A model generated the notes under the pieces. It had not been told where the DNA came from. It did no database searches and was given only the letters and a program-made list of their open reading frames with translations. Positions 10,251-22,106 of a stretch of DNA of 64,000 nucleotides are shown here, piece by piece. Source of the stretch: Haplodiscus bocki. Lineage: Eukaryota. Position numbers and translations under genes: made by a program. Location: assembly GCA_965655095.1 (NCBI GenBank), contig OZ296651.1:108314001-108378000 (forward strand), given 5' to 3'. The first letter of the stretch is position 1; every line of letters starts with the position of its first letter.

Positions 10251-11056
10251 TGGACAGTATTATGTTGAAGTGAAGGATCACAGATATAAAAAATAATCAA
10301 CTGAAAAAAAATATTTTACGAAAACGAGATCCTCCAACTTCTCTCAGAACTCAATATCAAATACAAAATGAGACTAAGATTCGAAAAAATCAGAGAATAA
10401 TCGAAAATGATAACGACCAATTAATAGTTAAGAATTATCCTAAAAATAATAATAAACAACCAATTATCCAACAACAACTTCCAAATTGTCCTAGTTGTAA
10501 ACGAAATAATTGGTTAGAGTTTGATAAAGGTTACTACTGCAAAAGTTGCGAATATTTTATTAACAAACAAAAACATCAGATAGACAAAAACGTTCTTAGA
10601 CAAGATCATTATTTTTCAACTAGGTTAAATTATGCTAATAAGAAGATAAGAGAATTTTGGATGAATATGGTTAATACTACATATAATTCAACAGAAGATA
10701 TGATTAATAAATTACAAGAATTAAAAGGAAAAACAGGATTAAAATTTTATAAAAATATAAGTAATTATTATGATGGAATGAAACATAGAAACTTTCAGGC
10801 TCAAAAAGATACTTTTGCTAAAAATGCTCAAGGTATTACTGAAATTTATCTTGAAATATTATTGATAATGAAATTTCTACAAACTAAGCCAGAGGTTAAA
10901 AATATGAATATTAATTATTATGATTTATATTATACTGTTATTAAAACTAGAGATGATAATGAAGTTATAGTTGATAATGATTATATTAATTTCAATGATT
11001 TCATAACTCCTAATCATTATGTTGGAATTAAACCTCGTGAAACAATATTGAATTAG
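10250..11056 (+). pseudogene. Protein with a TFIIB/VLTF3-type Zn ribbon
   Basis: Open frame upstream of 10661 contains CPSCKRNNWLEFDKGYYCKSCEYF; N-terminus is disrupted near 10290-10320. Confidence 0.55.
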
Positions 11057-11074
11057 AGAATCTTAACCAAACAT

Positions 11075-11200
11075 ATACTTGTAAGTATACTCGAGTATAA
11101 GTACTCTTAATAATTATACGATCACATAATTTCTATGATTGTATAAGTACTCATATAATTGTAAGTATACCTATGTATAAGTACAAATATAATTGTATGT
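11075..11200 (+). promoter_or_regulatory. Repeated palindromic motif block upstream of PolB
   Basis: gtaagtatac...gtataagtac...tataattgt repeated, includes the palindrome tatactcgagtata; related actcatataactgta at ~5858. Confidence 0.4.
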
Positions 11201-11259
11201 AGAGAAGTTTGACATCTTAGATAAATCATTTCAAGTAAATTCTTACTATATAAATAGAA

Positions 11260-14200
11260 ATGATAATGAATAACGAAAACAGAAAATTAGCACGAAATGG
11301 AAAACGAAGAATTGAACGAAAAATTAAAATGGATGATAATATGAAATTATTATTAAATAAAATTAAAACAGAAAAGAAAAAGAAAAATAAAGAATTTTGA
11401 TAAAATTAAAGAATTAGAAATTGAATTGGTTAAAATAAAATATTCAAATAATCCTAATAAATTACAATCTGAATTGAAAGAATTAAATAAAATTCAAGTT
11501 ATTATTAAAAATATACATGAAATTAAACAAGAAATATTATTAGATTATGTTGGCGAGTTTGAAATGCTTGGTTATTGAAAAGTTGGCGATCATATCAGAG
11601 AAACGCATACTAGATTTAGAAATTTTAATGATTACGAAGCTTTTATCAATTCAATCGATAACGATTATGATTCAGAAGACTCTATTTTCAATGGTTATAT
11701 TCATAAAATAGATACACCACAATTTAATTTAGTTAATAGATCTCAATATGGAAATGGTTGTGATTTTAAACATGAAATAATTGAATATCGAGGTAAAAAT
11801 TGTTTTATACCAACAATAGGCTATTGTTTCATTAAATATATAAATTTTTCAACTGGTCAAGATTACAAAGAACGATATCTTGACTTTATCCGAAATGAAA
11901 AAACGAGATCAAATATCATGACTGTGGCTCGTATTCAACCTTGTTAAAAAAATTAGGTATTGATCTTGGTTTTTTCAATGGTGATAGAGTCTATCCTAGA
12001 ACGGTGATGAATAGAGATAGTGCTTTGTTTTTATACAATAATCATTTATGTTCAATATGGAAATCACAAGGTGTTAGTTTTAATCAAGCCATTCGAGAAC
12101 TAAAAGATAAATTTAAAATGGTTGATATTTTTATAACAGAAGAAAATGTAAATTCTCATTTTAAATAGGAATTCATACCAAAAAAACCGAATCTCATCTG
12201 ACTAATTTTATTGTGTATGATCTTGAAACACATAATACAGATAGAGCTCGTCCTTATAATATGACCTTTTATCGATTAAGTAAAATTAGTGGTACATTTG
12301 ACCGAGATCCTACACCACAAGAATTAACAAAATCAATTAATCACACTTTATCATTTGCTGGTGATGATTGTATTGAAAAGTCGTTAGATTTTTATTAAAA
12401 TTCAAAGGTGAAGAAGGAAAAGTTAATAATAAAATTGTCGAATATAAGTTACAGATGCATGCTCATAATGGAAGTGGATTCTATTCTTGGATTATATTAA
12501 ATAATCTTCCTTGTGATAAGCATATTGTTGATATTATTAAAAACGGAAAAGGTATTGTTTCTTTAAAAGTATTTAATGGCCTTATTGAAAAAAAAATAAA
12601 AACAAATTCCTCAATATTTATTATTTAGATGTGGTATGACTCATTTGAATTATTCTTTGAAAAAACTAGGAAAGACTTTTAAATTACCAAAACAACTTCT
12701 AAAAACTGAATTGGATCATGATAACATCAATGAAAATAAGTGGAGAAATAAAAAAAATGAATAGTTACCTTATGTTAAAAACGACCTTCTATGTACTGCT
12801 TATTGTTACGCTCGATATAATAAATGTATGGAAGGAATAACTGGATTCTCGATGAAAGACTGTTTATGATTACCTGGATTAGGATGGAAATATTTTAATA
12901 GTTTAAGAACAGAAGAAGACGAACCTATATACACATACAATATTAAATACACGAGATGGTTTGTTCGTCAATCAATAAGAGGAGGACGAGTATGTGCGTT
13001 TAATCATTATTATAAATCAAAAATTTGTGATGACATCTTAAAAATGATATCAGAAAAATTGAATGTTAAAGGAAATAGTTATGATATTATTGAAGCTTAT
13101 TTGGAATATAAAAGTAAACATTTTAAAATTTATTAAAAAGAATATGAAAATCAATTTAATGATTATAGAGATGAAAATGAAGAAGATAAAGAAAAATATA
13201 TTAGTGAAAAATTGAGTCAATTACCAATTCATCATTTAATAAAACAAATGAAATTAGTTGAACTACTATGGGACTTCGATGCTGTTAGTTTATACCTATC
13301 TGCTATGTGGGATGAAAAATCAATATATTCAAGGATTGAAACAGGGTATGCTTTTACAAGAGATATGAATAAATTTCTCGTTCATAAATTTAATAATAGT
13401 AATTTTAATCACGGAAGCGCTATTTTGAAAATTGAACATTATAATCCAGAAAATTTAATCGTTCAACATCTTTCTGTTAAAGAGCGTGGAAAGAAGATTG
13501 AGATTAATGGTATGAGAAACGGATATATTATAGACTATCTAACATCCGTTGATATTCAAGAAATCTCTAAAATTGGAGGTAGAGTAATAGAAATTTATGA
13601 AGGCGTTATTTATCGAGAAAACTTTAAATTAAGTCCATTTAGAAAAGTTATTGATATATTATTTGCTTTAGGACAAAATTATAAAAAACAAAATAACGAT
13701 GTTATGCAGTTGTTAGTAAAATTATTAATGAATTCATTATATGGAGAAAACATACGAGAAGATATTGAAGAAAAATTTGCTTGTAAATCTGAAGCATGGA
13801 TGATGAGTGAATACGATGAAAGAGTAGAAGAATATTGGAAAATATCAGGTATTAATTATATTGTTAAAATGATTGATGATGCTGGATTGGAAGATGAAGT
13901 TTAAAAATTAAATACTATACCATTACACTTAGTAGCTTTTGTTTTATCAAACAGTAAAAGAATTATGAATCATTTCTTACACGCGATTAATGGATTTCAT
14001 ACAAATGATGTTTATTATACAGACACAGATAGCTTGTATATTGAAAACAAACATTGGGATAAATTAGACAAAGCCAAATTATTTGGAAAAAGACTATTAC
14101 AAGAATGATTATAAGGACGGTGGAATATTCTATGGACTGCTTTTAGTTCCGAAAATGAAATTTTGTTTAACTATAAATAAATTCGGTGTTATTGACGAAC

Positions 14201-14502
14201 ATAAAACTTTCAAAGGATTCACTAATGTGTCTGATAATTCAGACAGAAAAGAATTTTTTAACATGGCTGATGGTGATAAATTAATTGCTAAAGTAACTTT
14301 GAGTTGGAAAAAGCCATATGGTATGGGCATTGTAATACCACATAAAATCAGAAATTGTAATAAATGCACAAAAGATAGTCTATGTGACGAATGTGATAAA
14401 TTAATAAATCAGAGAAAAGAATTCTCGGCTAATCTTAATGAAATATACCGAGAAAAACCTAATGATTGTGGTCATATGCTTCCTAAGTATATAATCACTT
14501 AA
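11260..14502 (+). pseudogene. Protein-primed family B DNA polymerase (many stops and frameshifts)
   Basis: ExoI VYDLETH, ExoII AHNGSGF, ExoIII YVKND, RGGRV, DAVSLY.SAM, KLLMNSLYG, YTDTDS. Confidence 0.95.
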
Positions 14503-14522
14503 TCATATTTGTTATCTTATAA

Positions 14523-14660
14523 ATGGTTGTAAAAATAAAAGAAAAATATAAAAAGGCTAGACATGTTAAAAATAACGACAAATCTAAAAAATACATTTTA
14601 CGAGGACAAAGAAATGTAAGATATCATGAACGAATTCTTTCTAATAAAAAAATCTTGTAA
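14523..14660 (+). CDS. 45-aa Lys/Arg-rich micropeptide
   Basis: TATAAATG start; MVVKIKEKYKKARHVKNNDKSKKYILRGQRNVRYHERILSNKKIL*; other copies differ largely synonymously. Confidence 0.65.
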   Translation: MVVKIKEKYKKARHVKNNDKSKKYILRGQRNVRYHERILSNKKIL

Positions 14661-14674
14661 GTTTTCTTGAAAAA

Positions 14675-15780
14675 AAAACATTTTAAAAAACATTTGTTCG
14701 AGTTAGAACATTTTAAAAAACATTTGTACGAGTTAGAACATTTTAAAAAACATTTGTTCGAGTTAGAACATTTTAAAATACATTTGTTCGAGTTAGAACA
14801 TTTTAAAAAACATTTGTTCGAGTAAGAACATTTTAAAAAACATTTGTTCGAGTAAGAACATTTTTAAAAAAAAAAACATTTTACGTGGTCAAAGAAATGT
14901 ACGATATCACGATAGAATACAATCTAATTAAAAGAAATCTTATAAGTTTTCCTAAAAGAACACTTTCATTTTCATTTGTTTGAGCGAGAACATTTCAAAA
15001 TTATTTTGTTCGAGTTAGAACATTTTGAAAAACATTGTTCGAGTAAAAACATTTTAAAAAACATTTGTTCGAGTTAGAACATTTTAAAAAACATTTGTTC
15101 GAGTTAGAACATTTTAAAAAACATTTGTTCGAGTTAGAACATTTTAAAATACATTTGTTCGAGTTAGAACATTTTAAAAAACATTTGTTCGAGTAAGAAC
15201 ATTTTAAAAAACATTTGTTCGAGTAAGAACATTTTTAAAAAAAAAACATTTTACGTGGTCAAAGAAATGTACGATATCACGATAGAATACTATCTAATTA
15301 AAAGGAATCTTATAAGTTTTCCTAAAAGAACACTTTCATTTTCATTTGTTTGAGCGAGAACATTTCAAAATTATTTTGTTCGAGTTAGAACATTTTGAAA
15401 AACATTGTTCGAGTTAGAACATTTTGAAAAACATTTGTTCGAGTTAGAACATTTTAAAAAACATTTGTTCGAGTTAGAACATTTTAAAATACATTTGTTC
15501 GAGTTAGAACATTTTAAAAAACATTTGTTCGAGTAAGAACATTTTAAAAAAAAAAACATTTTACGTGGTCAAAGAAATGTACGATATCACGATAGAATAC
15601 AATCTAATTAAAAGAAATCTTATAAGTTTTCCTAAAAGAACACTTTCATTTTCATTTGTTTGAGCGAGAACATTTCAAAATTATTTTGTTCGAGTTAGAA
15701 CATTTTGAAAAACATTGTTCGAGTTAGAACATTTTGAAAAACATTTGTTCGAGTTAGAACATTTTAAAAAACATTTGTTC
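14675..15780. repeat. Right subterminal 30-bp tandem array with higher-order structure
   Basis: Unit gagttagaacattttaaaaaacatttgttc, interrupted at ~14877, ~15247 and ~15557 by micropeptide-gene fragments. Confidence 0.95.
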
Positions 15781-15856
15781 GGGGAATACAATGACTTAAA
15801 ATTTTATTGTTGTCGAGAGGAAAAATGAATATGAATTTTTTACTATACAGCTGGAA

Positions 15857-16015
15857 AAAAAGGCGAGGCGTAGTCGAGCAATAATAAAAGCGAGAGGCTG
15901 ACTGGAAGGAAGCCGGTGATGAACGAAGTGACGAGCGAGGGTGGATGTTGCGGATAATATCAGTGGGACGAATCGAGTGAATGAGCGAAGCGAATGAGCT
16001 CGGTAAGGAGCTACT
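15857..16015 (-). repeat. Right terminal inverted repeat of element A
   Basis: Diverged reverse complement of 1-150; ends ggtaaggagctact. Confidence 0.88.
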
Positions 16016-16737
16016 GGTATTAACCGCAATATCCTATAATATTGACATATATCATGTTTGAGGTTAATTTCAGGGTTTTGGGGTTTTTCGGTGCTAATAG
16101 TTTCAGTCAACGTTTCCGAAATGATTACCATTGAAGAGATCCTTTCAAGAGCTTTTATATGATACTTTTCTGTAGCTCAAATAGTCGTTGATTTTGTAAT
16201 TTTTACAAGTTTAGTGACCGTGAGAAAGTCTGAATGGAATATATTGCAAAAGTTTCCACTTAGGTGATTCTTTATTACCTTTCAGCCCTTTGATCTTTTT
16301 GAAAAATACTTTGAAAAAAACTATGATAGATATAAAACTCAAACTTTTAGGGTAGAATGATTACATTTTGATGTATTGATTTCAATCAAGACTGACAACC
16401 TCTGAGTGGACCATGGTAAGATGATAAGTCTTATTTTCACCATAGTAAAATGGTAAGTCCTATTTTGTTCAACTTTTTTCTCTAAATAAAATTCCCAATT
16501 CAAAGAAGAAATCAACACTTTTTATTTGAAGTCGATCGGATAAGTATTCATGGAAGTTTCCTTAAAAAACTATGTACCAGTCACCATGTATTTTCAATAT
16601 ATTCAATCACGCAAAGACAAAAATTCACTGGCCAATTTTTCATTTTCCTTTTTCCAATTTCATTTTTTTCACATTCCCTTTAGCGTCAAAAAAAATTTTC
16701 AAGTGAAAAAAAGTTGACGTTCATTGGAGATTGCAGG

Positions 16738-17252
16738 TTTAGTGTTTCAAGTCTACCACGAGCAGGTGAAGCGATGAATTTTTAATTAGGGGAGAGGAAA
16801 AAGTGATGAATTTTTGTTAGTATAGAGAAAAGAATAAAAACGAATTCTAGTTGATTTATATTTTTTCAAATACGATTTCTTCCGTTGACACCAATCAAAT
16901 TACTTTTTTTCCCAAAAATAGTTTAATTCATTAGAAAATATGATTTTTCTTTTTTTTTCATAATTCCTGTGTTACCCCATTAATATAGTATAATTTTGTA
17001 TTTAGTGTTTCAAGTCTACCGCCACCAGGTGAAGCGACGAATTTTTAATTGGGGGAGAGGAAAAAGTGGTGAATTTTTATTAGGGCAGAGAACTGAATAA
17101 AAACGGATTCTAGTTGATTTAGAATTTCTCAAATACGATTTTTTCCGTTGTTACCACTCAAAATATTTTTTCCACAAAAACAATTTAATTTTTAATAAAA
17201 ATGATTTTTCTTTTTTTAATATAATTCCTGTTACCCCATTGATATAGTATAA
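16738..17252. repeat. Tandem duplication, two units of ~263 bp
   Basis: tttagtgtttcaagtctacc...gttacccca..atatagtataat starts at ~16738 and ~17001. Confidence 0.85.
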
Positions 17253-17459
17253 TATAACTTATTTTTTATATACTATGAGACATTGTATCCCCATGGCCTA
17301 TTTTTACTTTTATTGCTAAGTTGTCGTTAAATTTAATGTAATTTTGCGTCATTTTGGCTATTTTCATTGATTTTTCACTGTTTTTCATTGATTTTTCGTG
17401 TTTACATGTTTTACGGGCATAAACTTGTCCCCGTAGTGCATTTTGTCATATACTAATTT

Positions 17460-17746
17460 CAACTGTCGGAGAAACATCAGGGGCATCTATTGATGAAATA
17501 AAATTCCATTATTAGTTTTTTAGAGTTACGAAGTTCTCAAAAGAATGAAAAATTTGGCCAAAAACGCATTTTCTAGTATTTCCTCTTTTTGTTGGAATTT
17601 TTTCAAACAAACACCATTATAACCTCCTGAAAATTCAACGAATAATTTGTTTCTGGTACTTTTCCCCTAAATGATTTTTCCCGAAATTATTCGTGTTTAA
17701 AGCTGACTTATGCATTAAAATTGTCGCGTTAATTGAAATCACAGAC
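17460..17746 (-). mobile_element. Partial inverted copy of the TA-flanked MITE at 39046-39806
   Basis: Reverse-complement similarity to ~39048-39330 (gacttatgcattaaa, ggccaaaaacgcattttctag). Confidence 0.75.
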
Positions 17747-18255
17747 CAAGTTAACAGTCTCCCCCTAGCAGCAGTTGGGGGGGGGGGGGGGGGGGGGTGG
17801 GCAAGATTGTTCACTTGGTCCAAAATCAAAACTGTACACTGGTAGCAGCAGCTACAGCTTCGGCTGTGGGGGAATGATCCACTGGGGGTAAATAAGGGAA
17901 AAGACCCGGTTACTTTAAGCAATCGACGCTAGAGAAACCAATATTCGTATCAAAGGCATCCAACTAAGAGTTTCAAAGGCATCCAACTAAGAATATCACT
18001 TGTTGTTGTTGACGCCAGGTAATCATCTCGGGAGTACTGAGGGCATTCATACGGACGATGCAGTGGTGCTTAAGTCACCGGTTTCAATACGTATCAGCTG
18101 CAGACAGCTAATATAGTCTAAGGGGGAGATTGATCATTTAGGGGGGAGGGAAGGAGGTGGGAGAATGTTCACTTGGTCCTCAAATTCAAATGCTTTCTTG
18201 TCTTGAGTGCCGTTCAAAATCATACTTCAAAAAGCTGGCTGGGCGGAACAATATC

Positions 18256-18776
18256 GGGTTTTTTCCGTTATTTCCCCCCAGCGGATTATTGGTGTCGGTT
18301 CACAAGTCTGAAAGAATGAAATAAATTTTGGGTTGAATTAAAATCAACCAATCAAATTTAAGCAATTTACATGCATGCGCAACTTCGAGCCACCTATTAT
18401 AACGTGGTGAAATAAGTATTTCAAATGTCGAATTGTAACAAAGGCGTCAAGTAACAATTCCAAGTGTAGTGAGAGCACACATACAGCCCACAAAGTGAGC
18501 GGAACGGTAAATTATCCCCCCCAGTCGAAGCTGTAGCTGCTGCTACCAGTGTATTCACTGAAACGTCTTTTGCCAGTCAGTAGACAGTGCACACAAATTT
18601 CAAGTATCTTCCAAGAAGCTGACTGCTTGCTGAAGCTAGTTAAAATAAACAAACAGGTATTTGCAATAACTTTATTGAGCAGAAACTTGAACCATACTGC
18701 TCAGCTGAGCATATCAGCTAGGGGGGGAATAATAATTTTCTCAGTAGGGCTGGAGGGGAAGAAACGGGAAACACCC
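18256..18776 (-). mobile_element. GGG-terminal MITE, inverted copy of the 19321-19634 family with extra internal sequence
   Basis: 18516-18776 is the reverse complement of 19321-19600; ends gggttttttccg and cgggaaacaccc. Confidence 0.7.
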
Positions 18777-18871
18777 ACAGAAACTTGGACCATACTGCTC
18801 AACTGAGCATCAGCTAGGGGGGGGGGGATAATTTTGGGATCTTTTCTGTTAACTCCCCCGCACTGATTTAA

Positions 18872-18872
18872 C

Positions 18873-18932
<60 letters not shown>
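18872..18932. repeat. Poly-C plus (CA)n microsatellite
   Basis: Directly visible. Confidence 0.95.
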
Positions 18933-18934
<2 letters not shown>

Positions 18935-19320
18935 ATAATGGATATGCGAAGTAATAGGTGACTTCCCATCGCGCCGAACATTCATTGCGTCGAAATTTTC
19001 CGAACTATTCAAAGCGCCAAAAATTGGCGCGAAAGAATTCAAAATCAACCAATGAAAAGCCTGCTTTTTCTCGGCGAGTCGAAATTTTGAAACCAACCAA
19101 ATAAAATCAAAAAAATTTGAATTTCCGGCGCGAAAAAATCCAAAAATAGAAACGTCATGATAAATCATTTTGATTGCTATTCATTACTCCGAAATTAAAC
19201 TTTTATTCCCATCACTCGAATTTAAATATTATTCCCATTACTCCGCAAAAATAATCAGATTTTTGAATTTTGATTTTTTTCAATATACCGAACACTAAAA
19301 ATTGAGAATTGTTCAATCAA

Positions 19321-19634
19321 GGGTCTTTTCCGTTTCTTCCACCCCCAGCCCTACTGACAAAATTAATATTTCCCCCCTAGCTGATATGCTCAGCTGAGCA
19401 GTATGGTTCAAGTTTCTGCTTAATAAAGTTATTGCAATTACCTGTTTGTTTATTTTGACTAGCTTCAGCAAGCAGTCAGCTTCTTGGAAGGTACTTGGGA
19501 TTTGTAAATTGTGTGCACTGTCTACTCACTCGCGAAAGACGTATTCAGTGAATAAATACATGTACACTGGTAGCAGCAGCTACAGCTTCGACTGGGGGGA
19601 AATAATCCGCTGGGGGGAAGAAACGAAAAGACCC
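19321..19634 (+). mobile_element. MITE with GGGTCTTTT termini and an 8-bp TSD (Merlin- or MULE-like)
   Basis: TIRs gggtcttttccgtttcttccacccccagc and gctggggggaagaaacgaaaagaccc; tcaatcaa at 19313-19320 and 19635-19642. Confidence 0.85.
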
Positions 19635-19667
19635 TCAATCAAACTGATAATCAAAGTAATAAAATAA

Positions 19668-21747
19668 TAAGATCTTTCGTGTTAACCCCCCCCCCCCCGC
19701 CCGCAACTGATTTAACTCACCCCGCCCACATCGTAATGGATATGCCAAAATAAGCGGCGTAATGTATTGACTCATAGGCAAGTGAATTTTAGCCAGTCAG
19801 AACCAGATCGCTTCTGTATCTGAGGGGGGGGGGGTCTGCTCCCGCGAGTCCGAAAGACCATGAGTCCGAAATAAAATTGATTTTTAATTCCCATGAGTCC
19901 GAATATCAAAACTCAAAAACTTCAATTCCACTTGCCAGCACCAGGTAAGTAGTATCCCTGAGCAAAGCGCGAGGGCACGCATAAAACCTCTCAGCGCGCG
20001 GGCGCTTTGTTTGTTTTGAGATTTGATAATTAATAAGCTATCCCCCCACCCACCACCCCCCCCCCCCCCCAAGTACACACACACACTTAATTAATCCCCC
20101 TCCCCATTTGTTTAATACCCGCAAGTCAGTGAAGAAACAACGAGATGGGTGGGTGGGTGAGGCACGAGGGTGAAATATATGGAAAAAGCGGATTACTTTA
20201 TGCATTATCAATCTAAAAAGTCAAACTTTTGGGCCTTACGACACCGACACTGATTTGAAAACAAATCGTGTGGCGATTGCTCTGTGTTTCTACCTCTCCA
20301 TGAAATGGGCCCCAAAATGGGACAACTATGTGGAATGCAAGCAACAATTCAATCGGATCAAATGGCTCGTAATTCGATTTTTTAAATGTTCATTTTTTGG
20401 TTGCTAATTTGAAATTGCGACACTTTGATTACTTTGAAATTTTCGGTGAATGAATATTGTGGAAAATTTCGGCGCGATGAATAGTCTACATTTTTTCGGC
20501 GCGATGAATAGCCTATTTTAATTTCGGCCCGTTGAATAGTCATCGAAATAATAAGCGGCGTAATGTTTTAACTCACGCGCGAGTGAATTTTAGCCAATCA
20601 GAGACGAGTTCGCTTCTACGTGGGGGGATTTAAATTTTGAGCTTCTACGGGGGGGGGGGGGGGAGTTGAGTTAAGTTAAGTTAACAGAAAAGATCCTAAT
20701 TTTGTCTGTACGGCGGGGGGAATAAAGGAAAAGACCCACAAAATATACAACGCGGAACTGAACAGGGGGAACTTTTGTGGATCAAGTTGTAATTCTCCAG
20801 TGCACTTCTTCTTGCAGTTCTAAGGTGAACGTGTTCGGTACTGTTGTACCTTCCATCGAAGGAAGGCATGAAAAAGTTTAATTTCTAATTTTACTCCCTT
20901 ACCCGGAAAACTTCAGTAAAAGGCGGAAGATTTTCGCGTTTGGGAAGGAAATGAGAGTTGCGAATTGTGAATAGCCAATTGCGGGCTTTACCGTCGCACC
21001 GTTTCTAACAATGCTCAGATTTTTGTGACATAATTTCAGCCCAATTACGAAGTGCAATAAAACCGACAATGTCAAAGTTTTCACAACTCCACTAAAACTA
21101 TAGAAACTACTGTGATTTCAATTGGAATTAATCCATTTTGTGTTGTTGTGTTTTGAATTGAATAATTTACCAAACGAATGAAATAGTATTCAACAATCAA
21201 ATAAAATGAATTCAACAGGCCTATCGTTCGTGTTAATTGTTAATATTCTGTAGTACATGCACTGCAGTTGCTGGACCAGCAAGCTGTGACTATTCATCGC
21301 GTAGAAATTAAACAAAACTATTCAACGCGCCGAAATTGAAAAGCTATTCAGTGCACCGGAAAACTGTAGACGACTCAACGCGTCGACAATTTTCAAAGTA
21401 TTCAAAGCGTCGAATTTTCAACCGAATAACCAAAAAGATAATTTTTCAAAAATCACATTGCGAGCCATTTGATGCAATTGAATTGTTGCTTGCATTCCAC
21501 ACAGTTGTCCCATTTTGGGGCCCAATTCTTGGGGAGGTAAAGAGCCAACAGAGAGCAATGGCAGACGAATTTTTTCAAATCAGCGTGGGTGTCGTAAGGT
21601 TTTTTAAAACCCAAAAGTTGGACTTTTCTGTAAATTGGTATTGCGTAAAGTGATCCGCCTTTTCCATATCATCCTCGTACTCCCCCCCCCCCCCCCGTTA
21701 TTTCTTCACTCAAGTGAGGGTAATAAATAATTGGGGGATTGGAGTGT

Positions 21748-21778
<31 letters not shown>

Positions 21779-22106
21779 GAGGAGTGAGGGAGTTGCAGAA
21801 ATGGGGGGGGGGGGGTTATATAATTATTCATTTTGAATTTGTTACTATGACGCGATTTTTGTATTCATCCAAATTATTATTTATATCTTTTCTGTTAAAA
21901 AACCCCCACCCCCCCCCCCCCCCACAAGTAGTAACGAGAATTTCAACCCTCCTCCTCCCCTCCTCCACCGCGCAGAAGCGAACTGGTCTCCGATTTAGTA
22001 CAATTTTACTTGCGCTTGAGTCGAAAACATTACGGCGCTCATTTTCGCATGTCCATTATGGTGGGGGAGCTAAATCAGTGGAGGGGGATATAACACAAAA
22101 GATCCT
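19668..22106. repeat. Large imperfect inverted-repeat (foldback) region
   Basis: ~19670-19820 pairs with ~21970-22105 and ~20100-20545 pairs with ~21288-21740 (e.g. gggccccaaaatgggacaact vs agttgtcccattttggggccc). Confidence 0.8.

Larger units (their letters stand above)
1..16015. mobile_element. Polinton/Maverick (adintovirus-like) endogenous element A, internally deleted and pseudogenised
   Basis: Inverted terminal sequences (1-150 vs ~15857-16015), right end ...GAGCTACT (Polintons typically run AG...CT), and the hallmark gene set of pPolB, rve integrase, A32-type ATPase, adenain-like protease and capsid fragment. Confidence 0.93.

Noticed and set aside
15371-15559. Cys-rich repeat ORF (KCSNSNKCFL)n
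   Set aside because: Translation of the tandem array with no evidence of coding
14675-15780. CRISPR-like array of 30-bp palindromic repeats
   Set aside because: Units are contiguous without unique spacers, the interruptions are near-identical to each other, there are no cas genes, and the context is eukaryotic
1-16015. Active virus or bacteriophage/prophage interpretation
   Set aside because: The rve integrase, adenain-like protease and pPolB indicate a Polinton, and all core genes carry inactivating lesions
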